A stretch of DNA of 32,000 bases from Desulfotalea psychrophila LSv54 (lineage in GTDB: Bacteria; Desulfobacterota; Desulfobulbia; Desulfobulbales; Desulfocapsaceae): the NCBI RefSeq assembly GCF_000025945.1, contig NC_006138.1:3270001-3302000 (forward strand), given 5' to 3'. Both the position numbers and the translations under genes were made by a program. Below the pieces are notes generated by a model. It made no database searches. It saw nothing but the letters and a program-made list of their open reading frames with translations, and was not told the origin of the DNA. Below are positions 18,382-28,193 of the stretch, one piece after another; positions within the stretch are counted from its first letter, which is position 1, and each line of letters begins with the position of its first letter.

Positions 18382-19134
18382 CTATTCAGCGAGTTGTTCC
18401 ATCAACTCTTCATCAATATCGAAGTTAGAGTGAACATTTTGTACGTCATCGTGATCTTCAAGGCTCTCAAGCAGTCTGAGAAGATTTTTTCCAACCTTCT
18501 CATCGGTGACATCAACAACATTCTTAGGAAGCATGGAGATAGAGGCATCGACAAAGGCAATCCCAGCAGCCTCCATGGCTCCACGAACAGCATCAAGCTC
18601 TGTCGGATTGGTGAGCACCTGAAATTCAGTCTCGTCCTCAACCACATCTTCAGCACCTGCTTCAAGCGCCTGATCCATCAACTCATCTTCCGTGATAGTG
18701 GCCTTATCAACCAAAATCAAACCCTTCTTCTCAAACATCCAAGAGACACAACCAGCCTCACCAAGATTACCATTATTTTTTGCAAAATAGTGGCGAATAT
18801 CGGCAACAGTACGGTTACGGTTATCGGTCATACACTCAACAAGCACCGCAACACCACCGGGGCCATAACCCTCATAGAGGATCTCGTCATATACCTCACC
18901 GGCAATCTCGCCTGTACCCTTCTTGATAGCGCGGGTGATATTATCCTTTGGCATATTCTCTGATTTTGCCACAAGAATAGCGGAACGAAGTCTTGGGTTA
19001 CCCTCGGGATCGCCACCACCACCACGGGCTGCAACGGTTATCTCCTTGATAAGGCGGGTAAAGATCTTACCTCTCTTAGCATCATTTGCGCCTTTTTTCC
19101 TCTTGATGGTTGACCACTTAGAATGTCCCGACAT
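18382..19134 (-). CDS. YebC/PmpR-family DNA-binding regulatory protein
   Basis: [78 protein letters not shown]. Confidence 0.96.
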   Translation of the reverse strand: MSGHSKWSTIKRKKGANDAKRGKIFTRLIKEITVAARGGGGDPEGNPRLRSAILVAKSENMPKDNITRAIKKGTGEIAGEVYDEILYEGYGPGGVAVLVECMTDNRNRTVADIRHYFAKNNGNLGEAGCVSWMFEKKGLILVDKATITEDELMDQALEAGAEDVVEDETEFQVLTNPTELDAVRGAMEAAGIAFVDASISMLPKNVVDVTDEKVGKNLLRLLESLEDHDDVQNVHSNFDIDEELMEQLAE

Positions 19135-19177
19135 AAGTACACCTATTTATTTATATTATTAGTTACAAAACACATGA

Positions 19178-19783
19178 CTATTTTTGTGGCTTTCGATAAT
19201 TCAGTCCCAGCACAAAAACTTCACGGCTCTCAATTCGAGAACTTTGCGGTTTTATCACCCGTGCGCTTTCAAAACGCTTTTTTACCGCATCAACAAAATC
19301 TGGAAAATCACCACCCTGGAAAACCTTGCAGATATAGTTTCCCTTATTGAGGAGTACCTGTTCGGCAATTTCCAAGGTCTGGTAACAGAGATTAAGCGAC
19401 TGCTGTGCATCTGTCCACCTATTACCTGTGGTTTTCGGAGCCATATCAGAGATGAGCACACGAAAAGACGGACGAATTCTCCGTACAGCCTCAAGCATTG
19501 CAGGTTCACGTATATCTTCACAGATCCAGTGGATTGGGGCCGCATCGGCCCGGCCGCCGCCTACAGCCTGTTGCAGATCGACTCCGACCACAATCCCCTT
19601 AGGACCGGCAAGCTCGGAAGCATAAATAGACCAACTTCCAGGAAAACAACCCAAATCCAGGATGCTATCTCCCCGCGAAATGATGTCATACTTCTTCTGA
19701 GCCTCTTCTAACTTATAGATAGACCGAGCTGGATAGTTATCCTTTTTGGCCTTTTTAGCATAATAATCGTTTATTTTACGCAC
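19178..19783 (-). CDS. rlmE: 23S rRNA (uridine(2552)-2'-O)-methyltransferase
   Basis: YYAKKAKKDNYPARSIYKLEEAQKKY, VLDLGCFPGSWS, VLISDMAPKTTGNRWTDAQQS: FtsJ/RrmJ family motifs. Confidence 0.93.
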   Translation of the reverse strand: MRKINDYYAKKAKKDNYPARSIYKLEEAQKKYDIISRGDSILDLGCFPGSWSIYASELAGPKGIVVGVDLQQAVGGGRADAAPIHWICEDIREPAMLEAVRRIRPSFRVLISDMAPKTTGNRWTDAQQSLNLCYQTLEIAEQVLLNKGNYICKVFQGGDFPDFVDAVKKRFESARVIKPQSSRIESREVFVLGLNYRKPQK

Positions 19784-19958
19784 GGTGTCACATCCATTTT
19801 TCTATTACTATATTATTTAGTTCGATACCCATTGGCAGGGATAAAGCATATCTCAGGGAGCATTTCTGCTATAATATTCTCTATACCAGACAAAACAGGA
19901 GCGGCCAACCGGGGCAAATAAGACTTTTCTGAGTGCCTACATACCATTTTTAAGGGCC

Positions 19959-21464
19959 TTAGGACAAGCCTTGAAGATATTTTTTTACCCAGGCCAGGGC
20001 ATCCGCCTCGGTCGCCAGCTCTCCCTCAACCCGCAACTCTTCAACTTTTGTTAAAATATCACCATAAAGAGGGCCCGGATCCAGGCTAAATTCCCGCAAA
20101 ATATCTCTACCGGTGAGGATCTTCTCGCCAAGGAGAACCGGCCTGATTTTTTCATAGTAGACGGACATGGTACGCCTATATAAAAGGGCAATATCCTGCT
20201 CCATCTCCGCAGGCCGTCCCTCTCCCTGACTGGCAAGACTATCGGCAAAGGCGAGGAGAAACAGGGGCTGAAGAAGTTCTTGGGCCCGGCGATAAAGACG
20301 AAGCACCGCCCGCGGGCTCACCTCCCCGCTCTGTTGCACGGCACAGAGATGAAAGGGGTGCATATGCATGGCCACCAGGCGCGCCACGGCATCCTTCACC
20401 TCATTACTCCAGCGTAGCCTTGTCCCTATCTTTGCGACAATTCGAGCACCTCTCTCATCATGATTATAAAAGGTTATCCGCCCATCCGTCGCCCGGATAT
20501 CCCGCGATCCGGGTTTACCCACATCGTGGAGAAGGGCAGCCCAGCAGAGGCATAATCTTGTTTTTTTAGCCAAAGTGGCAAGATCCAACTCCTCTCTGGA
20601 GACAAAGCTCATCACCCCACCGGCAAGGAGCCAGTGCATTTTCTCAAAACAGGCCAAGCTATGACCATAGACATCAAGATGATGGGCAGCAGGCTGGAGA
20701 ATATCCCGACCGTCCGACAACTCCGGCAAGAGAAGTTCCAAAATTCCCAGATCCTCCATCCCGGCAAGGGCCTCAAGGGCAGACGTCCCCATAAGGGTCG
20801 CATCAAGCTCTGCTGAAATCCGTTCTGCCGCCACCCCCGACAGCAAGTGGCGATGGGCAATAATAGCAGGGGCAATGGCAGGATCAAAGGAGAGGGAGAA
20901 GAGACTCTGAAAGCGAAAGGCCCTGAGAATACGCAGGGGGTCACGGCCAAAGGCCTCCGGCAGGGGGCGCAGTATTTTATCCGCTAAATCATCTCTACCG
21001 GAAAAGGGATCAATGAGATCTACCTTCTCTCCCCTCAGAGTGGACAGGGGCAGAGCCATGGCATTCAGGGTAAAATCACGCAGGGCAAGATCTTCCTCCA
21101 GAGAGGAGGCTGACGCACGAAAGGAGGAGATATCTACTATTTCATGACGATAGACTATACGACAGGCCTCCTCATCACCTTCGGACAGGGGGACAAGGCT
21201 CCCCTCGCCCAGTTGACGCAACAGGCGGCGACAAAAATCAATTGCCCCTGCTCCGGTTACCAGATCAAGATCCTTGGCCGAACGGCCGAGAAAATAATCC
21301 CGTACCGGGCCACCAGCGACCCATACCTCAGCATCCAACTGCCGACTTACGGCAAACAGGGCTGTCACAATATCAGGGGAATAGTCCCCTGCCAATGACA
21401 CCTGAATCTTTTTCTCCACGACCTTTCTCCCTCTCTTTCTAAAAAGCAGATGACAAGCATCCAT
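19959..21464 (-). CDS. CCA tRNA nucleotidyltransferase / poly(A) polymerase family protein
   Basis: Class II nucleotidyltransferase signature VWVAGGPVRDYFLGRSAKDLDLV, RDFTLNAMA, DPFSGRDDLADKILR, FGRDPLRILRAFRFQ, and an HD-like LLHDVGKPGSR. The start may be an internal codon. Confidence 0.92.
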   Translation of the reverse strand: MDACHLLFRKRGRKVVEKKIQVSLAGDYSPDIVTALFAVSRQLDAEVWVAGGPVRDYFLGRSAKDLDLVTGAGAIDFCRRLLRQLGEGSLVPLSEGDEEACRIVYRHEIVDISSFRASASSLEEDLALRDFTLNAMALPLSTLRGEKVDLIDPFSGRDDLADKILRPLPEAFGRDPLRILRAFRFQSLFSLSFDPAIAPAIIAHRHLLSGVAAERISAELDATLMGTSALEALAGMEDLGILELLLPELSDGRDILQPAAHHLDVYGHSLACFEKMHWLLAGGVMSFVSREELDLATLAKKTRLCLCWAALLHDVGKPGSRDIRATDGRITFYNHDERGARIVAKIGTRLRWSNEVKDAVARLVAMHMHPFHLCAVQQSGEVSPRAVLRLYRRAQELLQPLFLLAFADSLASQGEGRPAEMEQDIALLYRRTMSVYYEKIRPVLLGEKILTGRDILREFSLDPGPLYGDILTKVEELRVEGELATEADALAWVKKYLQGLS

Positions 21465-21563
21465 TTTTTGCCTACAGTTGGCCTGCTGAAATCATCCTCA
21501 GCAAATATTCACCTAACAACAAAATCCACATAACACAATATATATTGTCGGTACGCCAAGATC

Positions 21564-22520
21564 ATGACTCAAGAAATACGACTCTCACTCGCTCCTATTC
21601 GCGGCCTGACCACAGCCAGTTTCCGCTCTCTCTTCTGCAAACACTTTGCGGGATTTAACTCCAGCATCGCCCCATTTATCAACCCACAGAAAAGGGCCTC
21701 CTTTGATAACAAGATGCTCAAAGACGTCCTCCCTGAGGCCAACATGGTTGTCCCCGTTATTCCCCAACTACTACATAACAATGCAGAGGATTTCATCGCC
21801 CTGGCAGGGCGGCTGGCAGAGCTGGGATATAAGGAGATTAACTGGAACCTCGGTTGCCCTGCCCCCATGGTGGCAAAAAAGAAACGGGGCTCTGGAATGC
21901 TTGCCCACCCTGATCTGATCGTTGAGTTTCTAGAAGAGGTGCTCCCACAAATCCCGGTAAAGCTCTCCATCAAGACCAGATTGGGCTACAGCAACACAGC
22001 TCAAACCAAGGAGCTCTTACCAAGATTGGACCAATTTCCATTAACAGAGATAATCATCCATGCCCGCCTTGGCAAACAGATGTATAAGGGGACAACGGAC
22101 CCCGATACATTTGCCGAATGCCTCCAACTCAGCCAGCATCGAATTGCCTATAATGGGGACATCACCACTCTTGAGCACTTTCATGAACTACAGACAAGAT
22201 TTCCTCAGGTGGAGCACTGGATGATTGGACGAGGCGCCCTCGCTGACCCATTTCTTGCTGAAAGAATAAAGGGAATCGGCAAACTCACCCCGACACAAGA
22301 GCTTCTCCGCTTAGAGAAGTTCCATGCAGAGCTCTTTGAGATATACAGGGAGGAGTTAAGCGGGCCAAGCCACATCGTTGGCCGAATGAAAATGCTCTGG
22401 CAGTATCTGGGGGCCTCATTTCCGAAGCAAAAGAAATTACTAAAAAAGGTACATAAGGCCTACAACGAAGAACAGTTCCAGGAAAGTGTCTCTCAGCTCT
22501 TCCAAGCTGAGAGAGACTAG
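21564..22520 (+). CDS. tRNA-dihydrouridine synthase family protein
   Basis: [72 protein letters not shown]. Confidence 0.93.
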
Positions 22521-23151
22521 AGGGCGAAGAGCCCTCCCCGGAGAACCCTTGAAGGGCACTTGAGGGGGAATGGTACTTCTTCTTCAAAACCCGCCGCCAG
22601 CCTGTCATGGGTTGCATAATGGGGCGGTAGACATTACTCACCTCTCCCGCCCGCTCACTCACATAAAAGGCCTTGGGATCAAGGGCCATTACCTTCTTCA
22701 GAATTCTTTTCATATCCCTTCGTCGGCAGACAATATAGAGCTCGGTAACAATCCCGGAACGTCCCTCGCCCTTAAATGCAGTTACGGCATATCCCTGTTC
22801 ACGAATTTCATAGGCTATTTCATTGGAATTATGCCGACTGATAACCCGGAGAACCAGATGGCCCAGGGCTATCATTCTCTCAAATTTAATACCGACAATA
22901 TTCCCCGTGGCAAAGCCAAGGGCATAGACAATCACCAGCAGAGGTTGTTCAGTCACCGTCTGGACAATAGTGGAGACCACAACGAGCCAGATTGCTGCCT
23001 CAAAAAAACCAAGCCAAAAGGCCATGGTGGTTCGTCCATGGACAATAGATATGGTACGCAGGGTACCAAAAGATACATCCACCACCCGAGACAAAAAAAC
23101 CATGGCCGCATAGAGCAGGCTCGCTGGCTCAAAGAAAGAAACAAAATCCAT
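22285..23151 (-). CDS. UPF0316-like integral membrane protein with an atypical C-terminal extension running antisense to the dus gene
   Basis: From [40 protein letters not shown], a multi-transmembrane segment followed by [44 protein letters not shown] (DUF2179-like). Start refined from 23241 to 23151. The last ~80 aa are low-quality sequence overlapping dus. Confidence 0.82.
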
Positions 23152-23498
23152 AATCATATCCGTATAGCAAAAAATCGTTACATATAAAGAGTTATTTTCA
23201 CTGCTAAAAAAGACAAAATAATCTCCACTTACCAAGACCACGCCAGAATGACCGGAAGTTTATACAATCACTTTTTGTTTCTTGCAAGAAATTTTATTTT
23301 AGTCTGCTATTTTTTTCTGCAGAGCCACAAAGAGACAAATTCATTATAGTTGACTGCCCCCATATTTTAAAATTTTCTTTGTATTTTCCCAGAGTAGGGG
23401 CTAAACTTTTTTTAGGCTATTTCTCTTAACGGCGCTAAACTTTATGGCACCGACAAGTAGCAACAATTATTACAACCAAAAATCGAATGGAGGATATT

Positions 23499-23657
23499 AT
23501 GCAAAAGTGGGAATGCCCTTGCGGATACATCTATGACCCCGAAGAAGGCGATTACGACAATGGCGTAGAGCCTAAAACCGCCTGGGAGGATCTCCCCGAC
23601 GACTGGACCTGTCCTCTCTGCGGCGCTGAACAGGACGCCTTCTGGAAGGCTGACTAA
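23499..23657 (+). CDS. Rubredoxin (52 aa) with a C-x-C first metal-binding motif
   Basis: Manual translation: [52 protein letters not shown], with RBS-like TGGAGG just upstream. Below the size cut-off of the ORF track. Confidence 0.95.
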   Translation: MQKWECPCGYIYDPEEGDYDNGVEPKTAWEDLPDDWTCPLCGAEQDAFWKAD

Positions 23658-23680
23658 TCCACATCCGTTTCAAATAAAAA

Positions 23681-23713
23681 GGGAGCAACTGATTTCTCAG
23701 TTGCCCCTTTTTT
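23681..23713 (+). terminator. Rho-independent terminator downstream of rubredoxin
   Basis: gggagcaactga-tttc-tcagttgcccc hairpin followed by a T-tract and preceded by an A-tract. Confidence 0.85.
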
Positions 23714-23909
23714 TGTGAAAGAGTAATAACGTTTCATACTGGCAGACTGTCACTCACCTTATTTTCAGCCTTGTATCTTGCATCGCAGCTTGCACAAAAT
23801 GGAGCAACTTTTCCAAGAGATAGCTTGCTCAAGCTCTATAGACCACACTGCCCTTATTAGAAACAATCCCACCTATCGCAGAATAGGAGTGGATCAGTTT
23901 TTTCGATAT

Positions 23910-24332
23910 TTACTCTGTAAATCCACTTTTTGTTTTGGCCGCACTATCAGTAAAAAGAGCCATGCCAGTTTTCATCCTCCGAAATTGATGCTTTTGATAA
24001 AATCCCTCTTTCCCAGGCGAGGCATAAAGAATGACACTACATCCCGGAATCTGTTCTAATATGTTTTGCACGATTAAAGAGCCAATGCCTTGTCCTTGGT
24101 ACTCAGGCCAAACAGCACAGTCATAAATAGCAGCTTGATATTCCCCATCAGAGAGAGCCCTTCCAAAACCGATAAGCCTGTTCTCAGAATATATAAAAAC
24201 TGTGGTATGGCTGGCCTCAAATGCACGTTTGTGCTTGTCTGGTGAGTGGTATGCCATTCCTACAGCTTTTAATGTTTCTGATACAATTTCCCAATCAACC
24301 TCACTGCAGTCATTCACTATTTTAAAATCCAC
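23910..24332 (-). CDS. GNAT family N-acetyltransferase
   Basis: LIGFGRALSDGEYQAAIYDCAVWPEYQGQGIGSLIVQNILEQIPGCSVILYASPGKEGFYQKHQF: acetyl-CoA binding motif Q/RxxGxG/A. Confidence 0.88.
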   Translation of the reverse strand: MDFKIVNDCSEVDWEIVSETLKAVGMAYHSPDKHKRAFEASHTTVFIYSENRLIGFGRALSDGEYQAAIYDCAVWPEYQGQGIGSLIVQNILEQIPGCSVILYASPGKEGFYQKHQFRRMKTGMALFTDSAAKTKSGFTE

Positions 24333-24580
24333 GTAATATCTCCAATCTATTTCTCAATATTGAGCAGTGTAACTCGGCTTGTTGCACAAATAGAAGTTGC
24401 TCACCTTGCTCGATGCTCTTTTATTATATATCTATAATAAAAGAAAAAACATAACACACCTAAGGTGTTACCATACACTGATAAGCTGCCAATAATCATC
24501 ACAAAGGTTTAATAACTTCAAGCCTGTAGCTCTTACATCCAGTCAAAGACCCGATCAGCCCTGCCAGGGCAGTTTAAATA

Positions 24581-24622
24581 AAAAAAAGGGGACAACTGAT
24601 TTCTCAGTTGCCCCCTTTTTTG
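24581..24622 (-). terminator. Rho-independent terminator downstream of glmS
   Basis: aaaaaaaaggggacaactga-tttc-tcagttgcccccttttt hairpin located 3' of glmS. Confidence 0.8.
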
Positions 24623-24640
24623 TTCTTCAATCATCAACGG

Positions 24641-26500
24641 CTATTCAACAGTAACCGACTTAGCCAGGTTACGGGGTTGATCCACATCACAACCACGTCT
24701 CGTTGCTATCTCATAGGAGAGTAGCTGAGCGGGGATGGTGTAGAGAATGGGATTAACATCATCGTCCACCCGTGGCAGGTAGATAACATCATCGCTGATG
24801 TTTGCCAGCTGACTGTCTCCCTCGCTACCAATGAGGATAAGGCGGCCCTGACGTGCCTTTATCTCCTCAACATTAGAGATACTCTTCTGATAGACATCAT
24901 CATCTGGGACCAGGGCAAGTATGGGCATATCCCTATCAATAAGGGCAATGGGGCCATGCTTGAGCTCGCCCGAGGCATAACCTTCGGCATGAATATAGGA
25001 TATCTCTTTCAGCTTCAGGGCTCCTTCAAGGGCAATGGGAAAGCTGAGACCACGGCCGATAAAAAGAAAATCCCGACTGTCGTAGTAGTCATCTATCAGC
25101 GAGGCTATCTTCTTCTGCAGGCTGGGCAGAATCTCCTCTATCACGGTGGCCACACCAACCAGAGCTCTACCCAGTTGCAGGCTCTTTTCCAGACTTAACT
25201 GCTTACGTTTCTGACCAAGAAAGACAGTGAAGAGGAGAAGAGCTGAGAGCTGAGCGGTAAAGGCCTTGGTGGAGGCCACACCAATTTCAGGGCCGGCATG
25301 GGTATAGATGACGCCATCGGCTTCCCGAGTCATGGTTGAGCCAACAACATTACAGATGGTGAGAATCTTAGAGCCCATCTTCTTTGCCCTACGAATGCCG
25401 GCAAGGGTGTCGGCGGTTTCACCTGACTGAGAGATACAGATGGTCAGCACCCGCTCATCTATAAGTAGATGGCGATAACGAAATTCTGAGGCAATATCAA
25501 CCTGCACGGGGATTTTTGCGTATTTTTCCAGCCAATATTTTGCAACCATAGCTGCATGCCAGGAGGTGCCACAGGCAACCAGAAAAATCCTGTCTATGTC
25601 CCTTAGCTGCTCGTCACTAAAGCCCAGATTCGGCAAATTGGCCTTACCCGACTCAAGATTAATACGACCGGCAACGGTATTGGTTATGGCCTGTGGTTGC
25701 TCAAATATCTCTTTCAACATGAAGTGCTTATAACCACCCTTCTCTGCCATGGAGGCACTCCAGTCAATAAAAGTGATCTCCTTGTCAACGGGCTCACCGC
25801 TCACCAGAGAGGCTATTTGATAATCATCAGCGGTAAGGACCGCAATCTCCATATCATCAAGAAAGATTACCTTTCTGGTATAGGGAAGAAGAGCAGGGGT
25901 ATCCGAGGCCAAAAACATGCCCTTTTCTTCTCCAATACCGAGAACAAGGGGGCTCTGATTACGCACGGCAATAAGGGTTTCCGGCGCCTTGGCCCACATA
26001 ACTCCTAGAGCATAGGAGCCTTCAACCCGAGCGAGCGCCTCTTTGATAGCACGAACAAGGACATCTACCCCATGGGCATCTTGCTCAAGATACTCCTCAA
26101 TAAGATGGGCAAGGACCTCGGTATCAGTCTCCGAGGTAAAAACATGCCCCTTGGCCCGAAGCTCCTCACGCAGGGAGTGATAGTTTTCGATAATACCATT
26201 ATGAACCAGAACCAGCTCACCCGTACAATCACTATGAGGATGGGCATTCTCCATGGTTGGAGCACCGTGGGTTGCCCAGCGGGTGTGGCCTAGGCCGAGG
26301 TGGGAGGGGGCGACAAGATCATCGCCGACAACATCTTCCAGACAAGATAGTTTACCGTTAGCGCGATGCTTGACTATTTTTCCATCCTGAAGGTAGACGA
26401 GTCCGGCAGAATCATAACCTCGATACTCCAGACGCCGCAAACCTTCCAGAATAACAGGCACAACTTTTTTAGGACCACAATAGCCAACAATACCACACAT
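24641..26500 (-). CDS. glmS: Glutamine--fructose-6-phosphate aminotransferase (isomerizing)
   Basis: Starts MCGIVGYCGPKKVVPVILEGLRRLEYRGYDSAG (Cys1 glutaminase) at 26500; ends RNLAKSVTVE. The track start at 26716 extends into the intergenic region. Confidence 0.97.
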   Translation of the reverse strand: MCGIVGYCGPKKVVPVILEGLRRLEYRGYDSAGLVYLQDGKIVKHRANGKLSCLEDVVGDDLVAPSHLGLGHTRWATHGAPTMENAHPHSDCTGELVLVHNGIIENYHSLREELRAKGHVFTSETDTEVLAHLIEEYLEQDAHGVDVLVRAIKEALARVEGSYALGVMWAKAPETLIAVRNQSPLVLGIGEEKGMFLASDTPALLPYTRKVIFLDDMEIAVLTADDYQIASLVSGEPVDKEITFIDWSASMAEKGGYKHFMLKEIFEQPQAITNTVAGRINLESGKANLPNLGFSDEQLRDIDRIFLVACGTSWHAAMVAKYWLEKYAKIPVQVDIASEFRYRHLLIDERVLTICISQSGETADTLAGIRRAKKMGSKILTICNVVGSTMTREADGVIYTHAGPEIGVASTKAFTAQLSALLLFTVFLGQKRKQLSLEKSLQLGRALVGVATVIEEILPSLQKKIASLIDDYYDSRDFLFIGRGLSFPIALEGALKLKEISYIHAEGYASGELKHGPIALIDRDMPILALVPDDDVYQKSISNVEEIKARQGRLILIGSEGDSQLANISDDVIYLPRVDDDVNPILYTIPAQLLSYEIATRRGCDVDQPRNLAKSVTVE

Positions 26501-26670
26501 ATAAACATCCTCCCAAGGTAAGATTAAATTTTTTCCGCTTAACTTTATATTAATACCATGTATTTTAAACTGAAGGCGAGTTTTTTCTTTTGATAGCTTA
26601 TGCAAAAAGTAGTATCCTCGCACAAAATTTAGCCATATATATTTAACACAATGACCTTGGGGCAACAAAA

Positions 26671-27225
26671 ATGACAGATAGACAACGATTAAAAGAAATT
26701 CTCTTGGAAAAATCATACCGAGAGGGCGCTTTCACCCTTACTTCAGGAAAAACTTCAGACTTTTATATCGACGGCAAACAGACAACCCTCTCCGCAGAAG
26801 GTGCCCTTCTTTGTGGAAAGCTCCTCTTTCAACTCATTGCCGAGAATGAAACCAAGATCGATGCAGTAGGCGGTATGACCCTCGGGGCTGATCCACTTGT
26901 CACTGCAGTTTCCATTGCAAGCTTTCTCCAAGATGCACCAATTCCAGCCTTTATCGTACGAAAAGAGGCCAAGGGCCACGGAACGGGAAATTACATCGAA
27001 GGCCTTAAGAACATGGCAGATGGTTGCACCGTAGCCCTGCTCGAAGATGTTGTAACCACCGGTGGCACCCTGATCAAGGTCATCGACCGCGTTGAAGCTG
27101 CCGGCTTTAAGGTGGGTCTTGTCGCCACCGTTATTGAAAGACAGGAAGGCGGCACAGCCGTACTGGCCGAAGCGGGCTACACCCTGAAATCTATCTTTAC
27201 CCGTGAAGAGTTGCTCAGTAAATAA
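26671..27225 (+). CDS. pyrE: Orotate phosphoribosyltransferase
   Basis: VGGMTLGADPLVTA, FIVRKEAKGHGTGNYIEG, and PRPP-binding VALLEDVVTTGGTLIKVID. Confidence 0.94.
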   Translation: MTDRQRLKEILLEKSYREGAFTLTSGKTSDFYIDGKQTTLSAEGALLCGKLLFQLIAENETKIDAVGGMTLGADPLVTAVSIASFLQDAPIPAFIVRKEAKGHGTGNYIEGLKNMADGCTVALLEDVVTTGGTLIKVIDRVEAAGFKVGLVATVIERQEGGTAVLAEAGYTLKSIFTREELLSK

Positions 27226-27334
27226 GCCCCCGGGGTCTTTAATTGACTTGAGGATAGCTAAAAAAACATGCAAACTAGTCTCATTGCCGAAGCGATTTAT
27301 TGCTACGAGACATTTTTTTTACAGGGAAGAAGAG

Positions 27335-27505
27335 ATGAAATGTAAAGAATGTGGTGAAAAGCTCGAAGTGCATCGTAGCTGTCGCCGAGTACGAATGCGC
27401 TGTATCTCATGCAAGGCTGAATTTCAAATACATGAGGTTGCCGATCAGCTCGATGCGGAGACAGAAGAGATCCTCGCCAAGTACAGCACCCTTATCTACG
27501 ATTGA
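27335..27505 (+). CDS. Small zinc-ribbon-like protein, 56 aa
   Basis: MKCKECGEKLEVHRSCRRVRMRCISCKAEFQIHEVADQLDAETEEILAKYSTLIYD, with GGGAAGAAGAG upstream. Two CxxC pairs. Start refined from 27203. Confidence 0.75.
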   Translation: MKCKECGEKLEVHRSCRRVRMRCISCKAEFQIHEVADQLDAETEEILAKYSTLIYD

Positions 27506-27540
27506 TCCTGATAAGAGATCAGAATAATTCGATCTCTTAA

Positions 27541-27582
27541 TCCCCTGGCCTATTCCTCTGAATAGGCCAGGGGATTTTTTTT
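27541..27582 (+). terminator. Strong Rho-independent terminator
   Basis: tcccctggcctatt-cctctg-aataggccagggga: 14-bp perfect stem followed by eight T. Confidence 0.93.
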
Positions 27583-27680
27583 GTCTTTACCTGAGGCAAT
27601 GCTATCCTATATTATTAGCGAAAGAAGCGGTGTTTAACACCTTGCAGAGGTTGGATAAGATTCATAAATTCAGGTAGACC

Positions 27681-28193
27681 ATGACAAACGAGATAACTGT
27701 AACCTGCTATATAAACGAAAACGGGCAGACGGAGGTGGTCTGCCCGAAATGTTTTAAAAGCCGGCTTGTCTCTGCTGAAAAGTTTAAGGGACAAAAAGAT
27801 AACATCGGAATACGATGTCCATGTGGCCATCTCTTTAAGATACAGCTTGAATATCGGACAAGACAAAGAAAAGAGACAAACTTTGTCGGAACCTACCAAC
27901 TCAAACCGCTGGCAAGCCCTCACCAAACCGACAGCCAGGCAAGAGCGCCACATTCCGGCGGCATCGTTGAAATAATAAATATTTCCCAGACAGGCCTCTG
28001 CTTTAGAGCCCGAGGCCATCATGGCATCCAGGTCGAACAAGACGGTCGGGTTCAATTCGTTCTCGATAACCGAAAAGAGGCTAAAATAAGCAAAAATGTC
28101 ATCATCCGCAACGTAGAGGGCAAGAGAATCGGTTGTGAATTTATCCAAGACCAGGCATACGAAAAAGAGCTGGGCTTTTATCTTCGCAACTAA
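27681..28193 (+). CDS. Zinc-ribbon plus PilZ-domain protein
   Basis: N-terminal CPKC...CPCGHLF, then PilZ c-di-GMP-binding motifs RTRQR (RxxxR) and NISQTG (N/DxSxxG). Confidence 0.8.
   Translation: MTNEITVTCYINENGQTEVVCPKCFKSRLVSAEKFKGQKDNIGIRCPCGHLFKIQLEYRTRQRKETNFVGTYQLKPLASPHQTDSQARAPHSGGIVEIINISQTGLCFRARGHHGIQVEQDGRVQFVLDNRKEAKISKNVIIRNVEGKRIGCEFIQDQAYEKELGFYLRN

Noticed and set aside
23778-24059. 93-aa plus-strand ORF
   Set aside because: Overlaps the GNAT gene antisense; no motif.
26501-26716. 72-aa N-terminal extension of glmS in the ORF track
   Set aside because: GlmS needs Cys immediately after the initiator Met (MCGIVG) as the glutaminase nucleophile, so the start is 26500.
27615-28148. 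177-aa minus-strand ORF
   Set aside because: Fully antisense to the motif-supported zinc-ribbon/PilZ gene; no family motif.
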